In this document: in pieces, positions 1 through 11,735 of the stretch
How the letters are laid out: each line of letters starts with the position of its first letter
Numbering within the stretch: the stretch's first letter is position 1
Assembly (NCBI GenBank): GCA_965153455.1
Contig: OZ234493.1
Location: forward strand, 10,468,213 to 10,532,212
Reading direction: 5' to 3'
From: Sphagnum compactum
Taxonomy: Eukaryota
DNA length: 64,000 bases
The notes under the pieces: model-generated
Told to the model about the DNA's origin: nothing
Seen by the model: only the letters and a program-made list of their open reading frames with translations
Databases searched by the model: none
Program-made: the position numbers and the translations under genes

Positions 1-1654
1 TAGCAACCAATTCAACCATGGACCCAAAAAAATCACAATATACATAGAAGCCCATAAGTTTGGACTACAACAAATACAAAATGACCAATAAAATATTCAA
101 ATACAAAGTCTAAAAACAATCATGATAGGTCCAAACTGGGTGTAAGGAGCCATTCCAAGATGTAAGCACTTCTTAATTTCCATTGGTGTAAATGGTTACA
201 TAAGTTGTTGAATTTTTTGGATAAATTTTTACAACAATGTTTTTGATATACTATAGGAACATATAGCAAAGTTTGAAATGAATTTAACGAGTATGGAATA
301 CCCAAAATCATTTTTAATACTCAAAAAAAAAAATTCAAAACTTGTTCATTGATTTAAAAATGAAAATTTATGGATTTTTTTAATGTACACCTTTACCTTA
401 TAATATACACAACATTGTTTTGGGTCATAAAAATTAAAACAATCAAAAGTCAAATAGATCATGATTTTACACATATTGTGTGAAATATTTTGATTTCAAG
501 GATTCATTTAGGACACAATCCTAAAGGTAGCTAGTTCTTTATACCTGGTTTGGACTCTAGCTTCAAAACAATCAATAGATCAAAACACATTTGCTATCAA
601 AATACACAAGCAAAATAGGAAAAGAAAAAATCAGAAACCAAAACATAAATAAAAAATATACAACCAAAATATAAATTCATAGTTTTTCAAATTATAAAAA
701 ACATTCACAAAAGGCCAAAATAGTTTAGAAAGTAAACAATTGCATGAAGCAAAAGTTTAAAGGAAAAATGCATAGATAACATCACAACCCTAAGTAATTT
801 TATATAAGTAGATGTTCAAGGTTTGAGTCTTAAGCCTTAACATTTAGGGTTTGGGTGAAAGCACATTAAATTGTAGTCACAAATTAATATTTTGCAATTA
901 AATTTTTTGGTATTGTATGGACACCACATCTTGGATTGATTTTTCTTTTTTAAATTATATTTCATTAATTTTACATTTAAGCTAGTCAATTCTTTAAAAA
1001 AATTCAACAAACATTGAAGAATTTAAACATATGGAATGCATTTTCAACAAAATAATATTCATCACAAAAATTACATACTGTAGTACTTTAGTGATTTCAA
1101 CATAAATTAAATTATTTTTTACTTTTCCAAAATTTTTGATAAATTATTTATTATTTGTGTCAAAAAAATTATATATTAAGATTATGCAAGATTTTGATTG
1201 TTAGGCTTGAACCACAAACCTTAAAATTCGGAAGAAATGGCGGAATCGAAGTTAGGGATCCTTGAGCTTTATAGTGCACTCTGTAGTGCACTCTTTAGAG
1301 CACACAAACTTAGCTCAGAATCGAGGAATCCAGACCCCATGTTCCATTCTGGAAGTTCTCAATCGGTGCCGATTGAGAACCCTAGAGCTATGCTGGTCTT
1401 CTGTGTTTGATGAACACTCAATCACAGATTTAAATATGAAGTTGTTTGATTTGTCCAGAACCAAACCTAAAAAAACCTTCTTCCTTGATGAAATCAACGC
1501 CCTCCCTTGCTACAAAGAAGTCCTTTGAACTTTGAGGTCACTATTAAATTTCTTGGTTTTTTAAACAGTCCAAGTTGATTAATTGGTCTTTCTTAACTAA
1601 TGAACATGTACATTTTGATTAGAGGCTAAGGGCTTGAATGACATGTGTATCCTT

Positions 1655-1890
1655 TGACCAATCAACTTGGTTGAAATGACCTATTTGACTAATGTTAAAT
1701 TGGACATCTAGTCAAATTGGACAAAAACTTGACCACCTTGGTCAAAATGGCGAATGACGTTTAGTCAATTGGAACATTTAGTCAAGTTGGACATAAACAA
1801 ATGACACCTCTAGTCAAAATGGCCAATGGGGTTATAGTCAAATAGAACATTTAATCAAGATGACCAATGTTATTATAATCAAATGGGGCA
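1655..1890. repeat. Degenerate ~20-bp tandem repeat (TAGTCAAATTGGACAT / GGTCAAAATGGCC-like units)
   Basis: About ten variants such as tagtcaaattggac, ggtcaaaatggc, tagtcaattggaacat, tagtcaagttggacat and tagtcaaaatggcc. Confidence 0.6.
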
Positions 1891-2073
1891 CCTTACCTAC
1901 CTATCTACCATATAAATTAAAATTTGAATTTTTTTTTTTTCAAATTTAAAAAAAAAATCCTGTCGAGTACCTTCTGGCCCACTGAAGTTACTATGACAGG
2001 CTGTCAGAGAATTCTTCAGCCAAGAGAGGGTACTAAAAATATAAAGGAAAAAAAGTGGGGATGCTTTCGGTGT

Positions 2074-2178
2074 AGGGTAAACCCCTAGGTCGAGGGCATT
2101 ACCATATTAAGGGTGCACGACGCGATACCCGAGTGCAGGCCCCATTTTGGTAATGCCCTTGACTGAGGGCTTTACCTG
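2074..2178. mobile_element. ~105-bp palindromic (hairpin) MITE-like element, AGGGTAA family
   Basis: Left arm agggtaaacccctaggtcgagggcattacca pairs with right arm tggtaatgcccttgactgagggctttacct; homologous to 55401-55507. Confidence 0.65.
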
Positions 2179-2816
2179 ACTTAAAGACCTGCCAGAAATT
2201 CAGTGTAGAAACGGAGGCACAACAGGAGGGGGGCATTATGAAAAACGAAATGCCCTCCCTGCTCCTGGATGAAAAAATATGCTTTATAAGGTTGCCTGCA
2301 AAATTTCTGGCAGGTCATTACGATGTTTAAAACAAATCTCAAACTGGTTACATGGCTGGTCAGAGCACTTCCGGAAAATCTGTATTTAACAACCATTTTG
2401 CTTGGTGGATTGACTGAACCAATCCACCATCCATTGGAGAGCCGGTTACCAACCAGTCTTGACAGGTTCTTCCTTCTTTTTAATAAACAACCTTCCATTT
2501 ATGAAGAACTTGATAAACCACCTAATATTGTATGTGAATGTAATTCTTTGCTTATCCCCAAATTTTTTTTTTGCCATGTGCACAATTTCCAACCCAGACC
2601 AATCAAATTCAAGTTGAAAGGAGCTCCAATCGGAGCTAGAATTGGAGAAATGCAGCCAAACAAAAAGTCATAATGTTTAAGGATTTAAAAATCCATTTGT
2701 GATCAAACATGGAAGCTTATGGGTTCAATTTTTGGATGTCATTAAACTGATAGTCAACTCTTAAAGGCCTAATCATCTTTGTTCAGAATATATACCAGAG
2801 AGATAAGGTACCATCT

Positions 2817-3079
2817 CAGGGTTTTGTTTTCAATTTTAGGATGTAGCTGAAGTGATATTCATCCATAAGATGATTTAGGCAGACTTGGCTACATACTAGC
2901 TATGAAAGGGAAAAAAAACCAGATTCCTTCTATATTCTTGGCTAGCTACATAAAAATCTGACCAATTGGATTTTTTTTCTCGAAATCTGTCGAATTTGGG
3001 CCAGTTTTTCCATTTTGTAAAGGTCGAAATCAGATTTTTCAGGTCAAATTTGGCGAAATTTCGCAGAAGAAAAACACTG
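2817..3079. mobile_element. hAT-type MITE (CAGGG...CACTG termini)
   Basis: Termini cagggttttgtttt / gaaaaacactg; internal atttaggcagacttggctaca motif shared with other copies in the window; TSD not recognisable. Confidence 0.55.
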
Positions 3080-3137
3080 ACCTAGGCTAACTGGTTCTTT
3101 ACCAACGAATTTCTAACCTTACAGGTTGGTTATGTAT

Positions 3138-3232
3138 AGGGTAAGGCCCTACTATAAGGGAATTACTGTGTGGGCACCGAGGGCGGAGCCCGAGGTCCAC
3201 GCAGTAATTCCCTGACAGTAGGTCCTTACCCT
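3138..3232. mobile_element. 95-bp palindromic (hairpin) MITE-like element
   Basis: Left arm agggtaaggccctactataagggaattactgtgtggg; reverse complement of right arm agggtaaggacctactgtcagggaattactgcgtgga; centre gggcggagccc. Confidence 0.7.
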
Positions 3233-4002
3233 GCGTAAGGACCGAGATAATCAATGATTTAAAAAAAAAAATCCCTTTCAAAGATCTTATTGGCTTACAT
3301 CCTGCGCCCTAGGGATCTTACAATCTCACACCCTCCGCCCTAGGGCTCTTTTTGTAAGCCTGATTACTAAATGTAATCTGCCCTATAAATACACTAAGAA
3401 TTCTCTCCGAGGTTGTTACGAATTCTCTCCACTGTTGCTGCATATATTTTCACTGCTCCTACTTGTAAAGCTACTATATTTAGTCTTCAACCTTGTGCAT
3501 TAAATGCTGGTTTCAGCATTTTATTCCCAGATTTAATAGAATTTTCTTACTTTATGGATACCCCTGAAAGAAGGGTTTGGGGTGAAAGGAGGCCCAAAGA
3601 CAGGGTAACTTTACAAATAATTTTAGTATTTACACTTACACGCCCCCAAAACATTTACACTGGCCTTGTGTAAGTGTAAAAAAAAATATATACAATGCAA
3701 CAGGATAAGTGTAAGTGTAAAAAATTTGGATGATTTACACTTACATGAGATTTACATGCTGTATATATGGCTATGACACTTATATGCACAAGACTGGTAG
3801 TTACATAGATTTGTAGGTAGCTACTAGGTAAGTAGATGGACATAGATGCTTAGTACATAAGAAGGGGCTAGGGATTCTTAGTAGGTAGGTACCAAAGCTA
3901 ACCACAGTGGTTAGTTAGGGAATTACAACACAATGGAAAAGTGTTAACTATCCACCCACCATCCATCCGTTAGGAAGGGCTGGTGGCTTTTGGTTCACCC
4001 TG

Positions 4003-4486
4003 CTGACTCTAGCAGGGTGAGAGCCTATCTGGGGTTGAATAGCTCAACACAGTATGGGTACAAAGAATACCTCTCCAGGGTAAACAATGCACAGCTGAGG
4101 AGAAGCTTGGCACGTTTTCGTTGTGCGAATCACAAGCTACAGATTGAGCTAGGAAGGCAAGCCAAGCCAGTGAAGGTGCCAGTGCAACAGCGTTACTGCA
4201 AATTGTGCAACTTGGGTGCGGTTGAGGATGAGGACCACTTCTTGTTGGTTTGCCCTGCCTATCAAAGTGTTCGGGAGAGGTTTAGAGGTTCATTGCCACT
4301 AACTGCCATCACACCTTTGGCTGAATTGATGAGCTGTCAGCAGCAAGGCATCCTTGCTAGATTCTTAGTGCAATGTCAGAAGGTTAGATCTGAATTGCTT
4401 CATCAGACTTAATGTCAAATGGGTTCTGGCCCGGGCGCTGTTTGGCCCACTTAATGACGCTAAATTGTAAGTAAGTAAGTAAGTAA
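4003..4486 (+). mobile_element. 5'-truncated non-LTR retrotransposon (LINE) 3' end: C-terminal Cys/His region of ORF2, 3' UTR and (GTAA)5 tail
   Basis: Stop-free frame ending at 4412 with LARFRCANHKLQIELGR...RYCKLCNLGAVEDEDHFLLVCPAY, typical of CR1/L2/RTEX-like ORF2 ends; (GTAA)5 at 4467-4486; TSD gttcaccctg (3993-4002) / gttcactctg (4487-4496). Confidence 0.85.
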
Positions 4487-5197
4487 GTTCACTCTGGCCC
4501 ATTTTAGGGGGGATTGATTTGGAAGACAAGAGGGGGTCTACGTTCGAAAAGTTCCAGATTTGATTCATTTTTTTGAAGCTCCTCTCAGTTCAAAACCTTG
4601 ACCACATTTCAACCCATGCATTAACACGGAACCAGATGATAGGTGACAAGCACAGCAATGTGAGGCAGCCCGGGAATCCAGTGGTATTTCCAAAGCTTCA
4701 ACTTTACAGGGCAACCAATTAAATTTTGTTTTGGTAAAGTGATCCTCACTTTCGGTCTCACTCTACCCACTCATCCTCATTTTTCAGTTATCCAAAAAGT
4801 CCTCCCCACCAAAAATGAGAGTCACTCTTCAAAACTAAAGATGAACACTCCCAAAAGTGGTTTCTTTTCTAACCACAAAACGATGAACTCCCCCCAATGG
4901 ATTCTTTCCTAACCACACAACAGGTTACCTAGGTTACAGCAATGAGGGGGGAGTATTGGGATTATTCCCTGGACTTGGCAATGCCGCCTCTCTGTAGGAT
5001 CCCGGGGCTTGCTGCTGCAAACAGAGGACCTGAAATTGAGCATGGAACAAGCATAATAAAATTTTCTATGTTCTGATTGCTTGATTCCAAGTGGAAACAA
5101 AAGGCATCCTCTGTGATTTTCTTGCTGGATTCCCAAACCAAAAACCAACCTTTGTAGTTTGCTTGCTGGATTCCCTCAACCCCTCCGGCTTCTTCTC

Positions 5198-5250
5198 CAC
5201 ACACACACACACACACACAATTTCTGTTTTCCCAATGGCCCCAGCCACAG

Positions 5251-5281
<31 letters not shown>

Positions 5282-5392
5282 GCAAATTTCTGCACACACA
5301 CATAATCTCTCTTTCTGACTGACCCACACACACAAACTGCAAATTTATCTTTTTGGACACACACACACACACGCATTTCTCTTTTCTGGTGG
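5198..5392. repeat. Cluster of (CA)n microsatellites in short internally duplicated units
   Basis: Several (CA)n tracts, with acacaaactgcaaattt repeated after some of them. Confidence 0.85.
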
Positions 5393-6084
5393 ACCTACAA
5401 ATCGCAACACATTGGAGGATCCCACTCCTGCAAATTTCACACACATTTCACTCTTCTCCAGCAGATCCCATTTCTTTCAAATTACAACACACATTTTTTC
5501 AACAACACCAATCTGGTTTGGAGGCTTTGACTCCAACACACAACACATTTTTTGCTTGGAGGTGGCTCCTTCTCCTGAAAATCACAAGACACACCCCAAC
5601 AAATTTCCTGCTTGGTGATGGCTCTTACTCCTCCAAATTGCAAGCCATTCCTCCCCACATAGCACAAAAAAAACATAGAGAAGCACACACCCAAATTGCA
5701 ACAAATTTTTAGAATCCTTCAAATCTCAACAATTTTTCGAAGACCTTCAAGCATAGTTCTTGGTCCTCCACAAAACAGACAACATAGCATGAAACTCAAG
5801 TTTGGGCCAAAATTGAGTTTCCTCTTGCATTTTCCTACCTTTGGAGAAGTCATGTTGTCCCATTTTGGTGTCATTGTCAACACTTTGGCCAAACTCAAGG
5901 TTCCATTCCTGAGTTTGGTCAACTTTATGGATAACTTTATTATATGTGATTTCTAAATATGAGTTATTTTCCTTCATTAGAAGGTCCCCATTCCAATAAT
6001 GCAAATTCGCCTATTTACAAAATAAAAATAAAAATAGCCATTTTCTGGGAAATTTTTATTTCCAGGGAAATTCCACAACATTCC

Positions 6085-6330
6085 AACACACACAAGCAGT
6101 TAAATTTGTTCAGTGTATGAGGAGGGCACCTTACTGTCCGTAAAATTTCTGCCTCAGTAGAAGACTGCACTGCATGTAGCTCCCCAGGAACTTTGAGGAA
6201 CCTTACATGTATGAAATTCTACCACATTTCAGCACACGCAAAGAACAGTTAGAATTTGTTCAATGTAAGTGGAGGGCACCTGACCTTCACTAAATTTTCT
6301 CCCTCAAGAGAAGAAGCACTGCATAAGGTT
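6085..6330 (+). repeat. Direct repeat (~150-bp spacing) with GGAGGGCACCT core upstream of CYP78A
   Basis: cagttaaatttgttcagtgtatgaggagggcacctt versus cagttagaatttgttcaatgtaagtggagggcacctg; the core recurs at ~6662 and ~56968. Confidence 0.6.
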
Positions 6331-6837
6331 TAATCTATTATCTGAAATTCAATCATAGCCCTCTGTTTTCAACATCACATTCTACCAGATCTTTACACTG
6401 GGTAAGGAGCTGGAAGGGGGTGTGGCATTTGAATTCGGGTTGTGCACTTGGCTCCTGTCTCATGTAGGGCCCCTCATTTCCAAAATGGCCCCATTATCAA
6501 TCCTTACCCTACACTTTTGTAGTTTTCGGACAATTTCACATCAATTTTCTACAGTGTATTACAACCCTTTGCCCATTGGAGCTAAATCTTTGATTGGGAT
6601 GATCACTCCTGATGCTACATCAGAAAACTAAAACTAAACTGAACTAAACTGGCATGGATTGTGAGGGCACCTTGATGAATGCAAAAAGCATGACAAAGCC
6701 TACCCCCCCCTCCTCAAAACCCCAAGAAAACTAACAAACAACACTAATAGGTCCCTAAGTTAGAGGGTCCAAAAGTGGGACCAGACTCCAAAGCTGGGTC
6801 CAAATGTAGGACCCCTCATTGTCATCCTATGGCGGCA

Positions 6838-7070
6838 TATAAACGCGGAGCTTTGTCGTAGGTTACCCACATTTCTTTTAGGCCTGCATTTATTGTGTGT
6901 GAGCGTTTCTCGCGTTCTCTCTTCTTCTTCTTCACTTGCCCCCGACCACCCCCGCAATTCCCACCGTTTGAACCTCCTCGTTCTCTCTTCTTCTTCTTCT
7001 TCTTCTTCGCATTCTCCACTCTCTCCCCACGCCGATTCCCACCGTTTACAACCTCCTCCTCCTCCTCCTT
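6838..7070 (+). promoter_or_regulatory. Putative TATA box and pyrimidine-rich (TTC/CT) leader of the CYP78A gene
   Basis: TATAAA at 6838-6843 followed by (TTC)n and (TCC)n tracts, ~510 bp upstream of the ATG. Confidence 0.45.
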
Positions 7071-7350
7071 TTACCTTGCACAGCTTCCTTCCACAAAATT
7101 GGAAGTTTGACGTTCTCTATTACCAGACTCGTCATCTCTGTGTGAATTTGGGATGAGGATTTTGGATCGAGAATTGTTGAGTTTCTGTATTGTTTGTGGT
7201 ATAATAAGCCATTGGACTGGAGAGTTTGAAGGTTTCTATGAATATCATGTGTAGTTGTTGCTTTTACTGTTGTTGTTCCCCTGTTGGAACTTTTTTTGGT
7301 TTGCAATTGTGAGTGGATTTTTGTTGTCCAGTCTCTCCAGAGGCTGCTGA

Positions 7351-8442
7351 ATGGAGGTTGCTCATCTTTCCTCGGGTTCAGGAAGTTGGACGTGGTTGTT
7401 AGCTATGCCCATGCTCCTCGCCAAGCAACCTGGGCGCTCCTCCTCCTCCTCCTCTGCGCATCAGCAGCTTGTGGAGATTGAATCCGGGTCTTCGACTTTG
7501 TCCTGGTGTGTTTTGTCGGCTAGTCTTGCCATCATAAGCGTCTGGGTATTCTTGGTGTGGGGGTTGTTTCCTGGCGGCAGCGCCTGGGGCGGTTCGCTCC
7601 TCACAGCAGGCAAGCGGAACAACAGCAACTTCATACCCGGACCTCGAGGCTTACCTGTGCTTGGAAGCTTGATGGAGATGGGCGGACTCGCACACAGGCG
7701 CTTGACCCAACTGGCGCAAAAGCATGGAGCTCTTTCCCTCATGTCGCTCAGTCTTGGCAACACTCGAGTGATCATCTCCAGCAAGCCAGAGACTGCGCGT
7801 GAGATTCTGAACAGCTCGTCTTTCGCGAATCGACCAGTGAAGCAATCCGCACAGCAGTTGTTGTTCGGACGCGCGATAGGGTTCGCGCCTCAAGGGGACT
7901 ACTGGAGGAGTCTGAGGAGGATTGCGGCGAACCATTTGTTTGCGCCCAAGAGAATTGCAGCACATGAGGACGCACGACAGTTTGAAACTAAGCAAGCACT
8001 AATGTCCATAGCCAAGGAATCCTCATCAACTCCTGGAGGCGCAGTTCAGATTCGTGGCCACTTACAGCATGCGTCTCTGAACAATATCATGAGTGGCGTG
8101 TTCGGTCGTCGCTACAAATTGGATGCGGACGATTGCGCGGAAGCGGTGCAGCTGAAGGAGATGGTGCAGGAAGGTTTTGAGCTTCTTGGTGCTTTCAATT
8201 GGGCTGATCATCTTCCTGCTCTGGAAGCTGTCGATCCTTACAACATCCATCAGCGCTGCGCCAAGCTTGTTCCTCGAGTAACTGCATTTGTTCAAAAGAT
8301 TATCGACCAGCACCGAGAGCGTGCCGTGAGATCAGGAGCCCCCACTGAAGAAGTCTCCGACTTTGTCGACTTTGTCGATGTTCTTTTGTCTCTGGAGGGC
8401 GAGGAAAAGCTATCGGATACTGATGCTGTAGCTGTTCTGTGG
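7351..8442 (+). CDS. CYP78A: Cytochrome P450 CYP78A family, exon 1 (spliced protein 573 aa)
   Basis: TM anchor, IPGPRGLPVLGSL proline hinge, FGRAIGFAPQGDYWRSLRRIAANHLFAPKRI, FNWADHLP; ends AVLW|gtcagt (GT donor at 8443, phase 0). Confidence 0.95.
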
Positions 8443-8691
8443 GTCAGTTTCCTGTCCTCCTGAGCTCTACTTCAATTGCAGCAGCACCACCCTTTTGATA
8501 TAGTTGCGGCTGTTGTAATAGAAGCTCTCCTTGTCTTTTCTGTGGAGAAGATCAGGCATTTGTCTTCTCGGTTTCCTCTGTCAAAATTACTTTATAGGAC
8601 TACATGCAATTTTGGACACAATGCCGCATGCTTCATGCACATTCCAGCTGCAGATTACTGAGATTGTGGTTGAATGGAACTTTCTCTGCAG

Positions 8692-9321
8692 GAGATGATT
8701 TTCAGAGGCACAGACACCACAGCAATTCTAACGGAATGGATCATGGCAGAGTTGGTACTGCACCCCGAAATTCAAGCCAAACTTCATGCGGAACTGGACG
8801 CTGTGGTGGGTAAAGAGAGAGACGTGCGTGATTCAGACATAGTAAGCCTGCATTATTTGCAAGCAGTTGTGAAGGAGACGCTGAGGATTCATCCTCCAGG
8901 TCCTCTTCTCTCCTGGGCTCGTATTTCCACCGAAGACGTTCAAGTCGCTGGACATCTCGTTCCTAAGGGCACTACGGCAATGGTGAACATGTGGGCAATC
9001 ACCCACGATCCATCCATCTGGGCCAATCCCCAGAATTTCAGCCCTGAGCGATTTCTATCTAGCGAAGGAGGAGCTGATATCGACATAAGGGGAAACGATC
9101 TTCGTCTAGCACCATTCGGAGCTGGACGTCGTGTGTGCCCTGGACGGGCTTTGGGTATGGCGACAGTGCAGCTGTGGCTGGCTCAGTTGCTTCAAAAGTT
9201 TGAATGGGTAGCTTCCACTGACCACCCAGTCAATCTCAGCGAAGTTCTGAAGCTTTCTTGTGAGATGGTGCATCCACTGCACGCAATTCCTCTGCCCAGG
9301 ACCAATCTCATACACATCTAG
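8692..9321 (+). CDS. CYP78A: Cytochrome P450 CYP78A family, exon 2
   Basis: Acceptor tttctctgcag| after a 249-bp intron restores the CYP78A signature [17 protein letters not shown] (ExxR), PERF and heme motif [14 protein letters not shown] stop. Confidence 0.95.
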   Translation, partial: EMIFRGTDTTAILTEWIMAELVLHPEIQAKLHAELDAVVGKERDVRDSDIVSLHYLQAVVKETLRIHPPGPLLSWARISTEDVQVAGHLVPKGTTAMVNMWAITHDPSIWANPQNFSPERFLSSEGGADIDIRGNDLRLAPFGAGRRVCPGRALGMATVQLWLAQLLQKFEWVASTDHPVNLSEVLKLSCEMVHPLHAIPLPRTNLIHI

Positions 9322-10825
9322 CTGAGGCCACTTTCCAATCCTGGTTTTGTATATATATACATGATCACACTTTTTTTGACACTTGCACATGCAATCCAGC
9401 AACCATTGCTGATTTTGATATGTTGTCTAGCTACACTAGGCTAGTGCTTCAGGCAGTAGGAAAAACACGATTTTGTCTTTCAACTAGATCATCTGCAGTG
9501 GTTGTCATCTCAATGCAACCTCAGACAAAAGCAAAAAGAAGTTCCCTCACTGATGAGAAGGCCAAGGATAAGAAGTCTAAATGTGACGTGAGCCTGCAGG
9601 AGCTCTTCTGCTGCAGCATCTGGATTCTGGTCTGAGGTTAGGCAGAGTTCATTTAATTTTAGATTGATTATACTAATGGCTTAGACTTCAGTGGGGCTTT
9701 CTTTCTTTCTTTCTCACCTGGACAAATCCAACTTCAACCCATTTTCAATACAGGGTTGTCGGAGGTCATGACTGGCTAGGATCTGTAAAGACTCATGATG
9801 ATGGGTGTGGAACTTCTTCAGCAGCATGAGCTTTGATATGGTATCCATGCAAATTTTTGTAGCTCTGTGAACCTGAAAATTTTGCTTATTTAATATGACC
9901 AAGAATTAGTCTTCTTGTGAGAATTCTCAAGAGAGAAAATTTTGCTCATCTCACAAGAAGCTAATCATGGGTTGAATGAATACTATTTGCACTGCTTCTG
10001 ACTCCACTCTAAATCTGTATCATGTGAATAGACAGAAGATTTTTCAGCTTCTCATTGTTTCACATGTCTTTCCAACCTTAATGCAATGTCTATAGCTTGT
10101 GCTTCAGTGCTAGGTGCAGGATTCAGAGTATACTTGCTTAGGAGTTCATTAACTTGATCATCTGCTTGTGAACAGTGTGCCTTGCTGCTACACCTTGATT
10201 CAGAGTGGAATCCATATGCAAGAACTAGACTTATTGCAGTGGATATAAAAGATTTGGTAGCAAACTGAACAGTTACATACAGGCAGAGTGAAATCTCCTG
10301 CAGCTTTGCAAGAAACTTGATCCCTATGTGTAGCCTTGTCCTTCTGCTACATATATTTCTTGTTTCTGGAAAGCTTTCACAAGGCTTTCTGGTACATATA
10401 TTTCTTGTTTCTGTCAGTTTCACAAGGTTTAGAATTGTCACCAACTTGCACACAGAGCAACTGCTTCCAATACCAGGGACATGCTATTGAAATGAACAAA
10501 ACAAGCTAGGATATGAGAATTCTTGTACTGGACATTTGGAGAGATATTCCTTTCTGTCAACCAGAAGTGCGACAAAACTGAAGATTACAATTTTTTTAAA
10601 TCTACAAAACTAAGGCTGACTTCTGAGATCAATTTCACATCCTATGGATTGTGGACAGAATCCAGACCAAGACAAGATAAAATTATCCCAAATTTCAAAC
10701 TCCAGCCCAGAGAAGAACTTGTGAATTCAATTCAATTAATTAATCTGTTGTTGTTGGACCACAACAGCAGATCCAAAGCAGTACTCTCAAGTCAAGCACA
10801 GTGGCAAAGGACACACAACAGGGCT

Positions 10826-11284
10826 TTCACCTGCTCACCAGCGGGTTTGAACATAAGCCTTTTGGTACAAAAGAGGCTGTACCAAATCTGCTCACTGCTG
10901 GATTTGAACATGAAAACTTTGTGGTACAAAAGGGGACCATACCAAACCTGCTCACCAGCTGGTTTGCACATGCAACTTTTGTGGTATCAAAGGGGGCCAT
11001 TCCATTGAGCAATCTCACCAGCAGGTTTGCACATGAAACCTTTGTGGTACTGAAGTGGCTGAAACATTGAGCCATCACCCCCAGAGTTTTGAATACTGGA
11101 TTCGCTACTATAAATTCACGCATGAATTTCTAACTTTCCAAGAAGAGAAAGTTTCAACGGTTTCTGTGGTACCTAAGGGAGCCATACCATTAATCCATCA
11201 CCACTGGGAGCTTTGAATGTTGGATTCACAACTATAACTTCACCCATGAATATCCAACTTTCCGAGAAGAGAAAGTTTCAACAG
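10826..11284. repeat. Minisatellite of 57-63-bp units (~4 copies) followed by a ~120-bp duplication
   Basis: ctcac anchors at 10834, 10891, 10951, 11014; then ccatcac...catgaat..taactttcc.agaagagaaagtttcaac twice (~11070-11160 and ~11190-11284). Confidence 0.8.
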
Positions 11285-11644
11285 TCTCCTATACAAGCAA
11301 TTGGACAATCTATTCTAACTGACTGGAATGTAATTGAGTCCAGTTTTTTGGGAAAGAGATCAGCAAAGTGAACTGTACTACCAAACAAAGAGAAGAATAG
11401 ATGGCTCTCCCTACAATGGAGCTGCACACAATTCTCACAATATTGTGTGGAGAATTTCTTCTTCTCTTTCTGACAATACATGCAGTGACTGCTCTTGAGT
11501 CTGGACATTCCTGTCATTATTGCAGCATGTGCAAAGGCAGGCAAATAGAGGAACAAAGAATGCCTTGAAAGACAGGGAGCTACCACATATGCAAGCTTCC
11601 AAGGTTTGTTTCTTGCTCACACACATTTCCATGTTTTCTAGGTA

Positions 11645-11735
11645 CTAGTGTGGCCTGTGCTGCTGGCCCAAGTGTGAACAGGACTACACAAATGCTCCAA
11701 GTGTGAACAGGACCCTGAATTTTAAAAATATTTCT
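11645..11735 (-). mobile_element. Helitron-like 3' end fragment
   Basis: Minus strand ends acacttgggccagcagcacaggccacaCTAG-t (short GGCC stem, then CTAG); matches the end at 13859-13890. Confidence 0.5.

Noticed and set aside
4909-5712. ORFs rich in CVCV or THTH
   Set aside because: They are translations of (CA)n/(TG)n microsatellites.
6760-7306. ORFs with poly-S, poly-F, poly-K or poly-E
   Set aside because: They come from (TTC)n and (TCC)n tracts in the CYP78A leader.
7461-9402. Alternative-frame and antisense ORFs over the P450
   Set aside because: They are shadows of the CYP78A coding sequence.
10826-11060. CRISPR-like appearance of the ~60-bp periodic arrays (also 60087-60324)
   Set aside because: Whole units are homologous with no unique spacers, there are no cas genes, and the context is eukaryotic.
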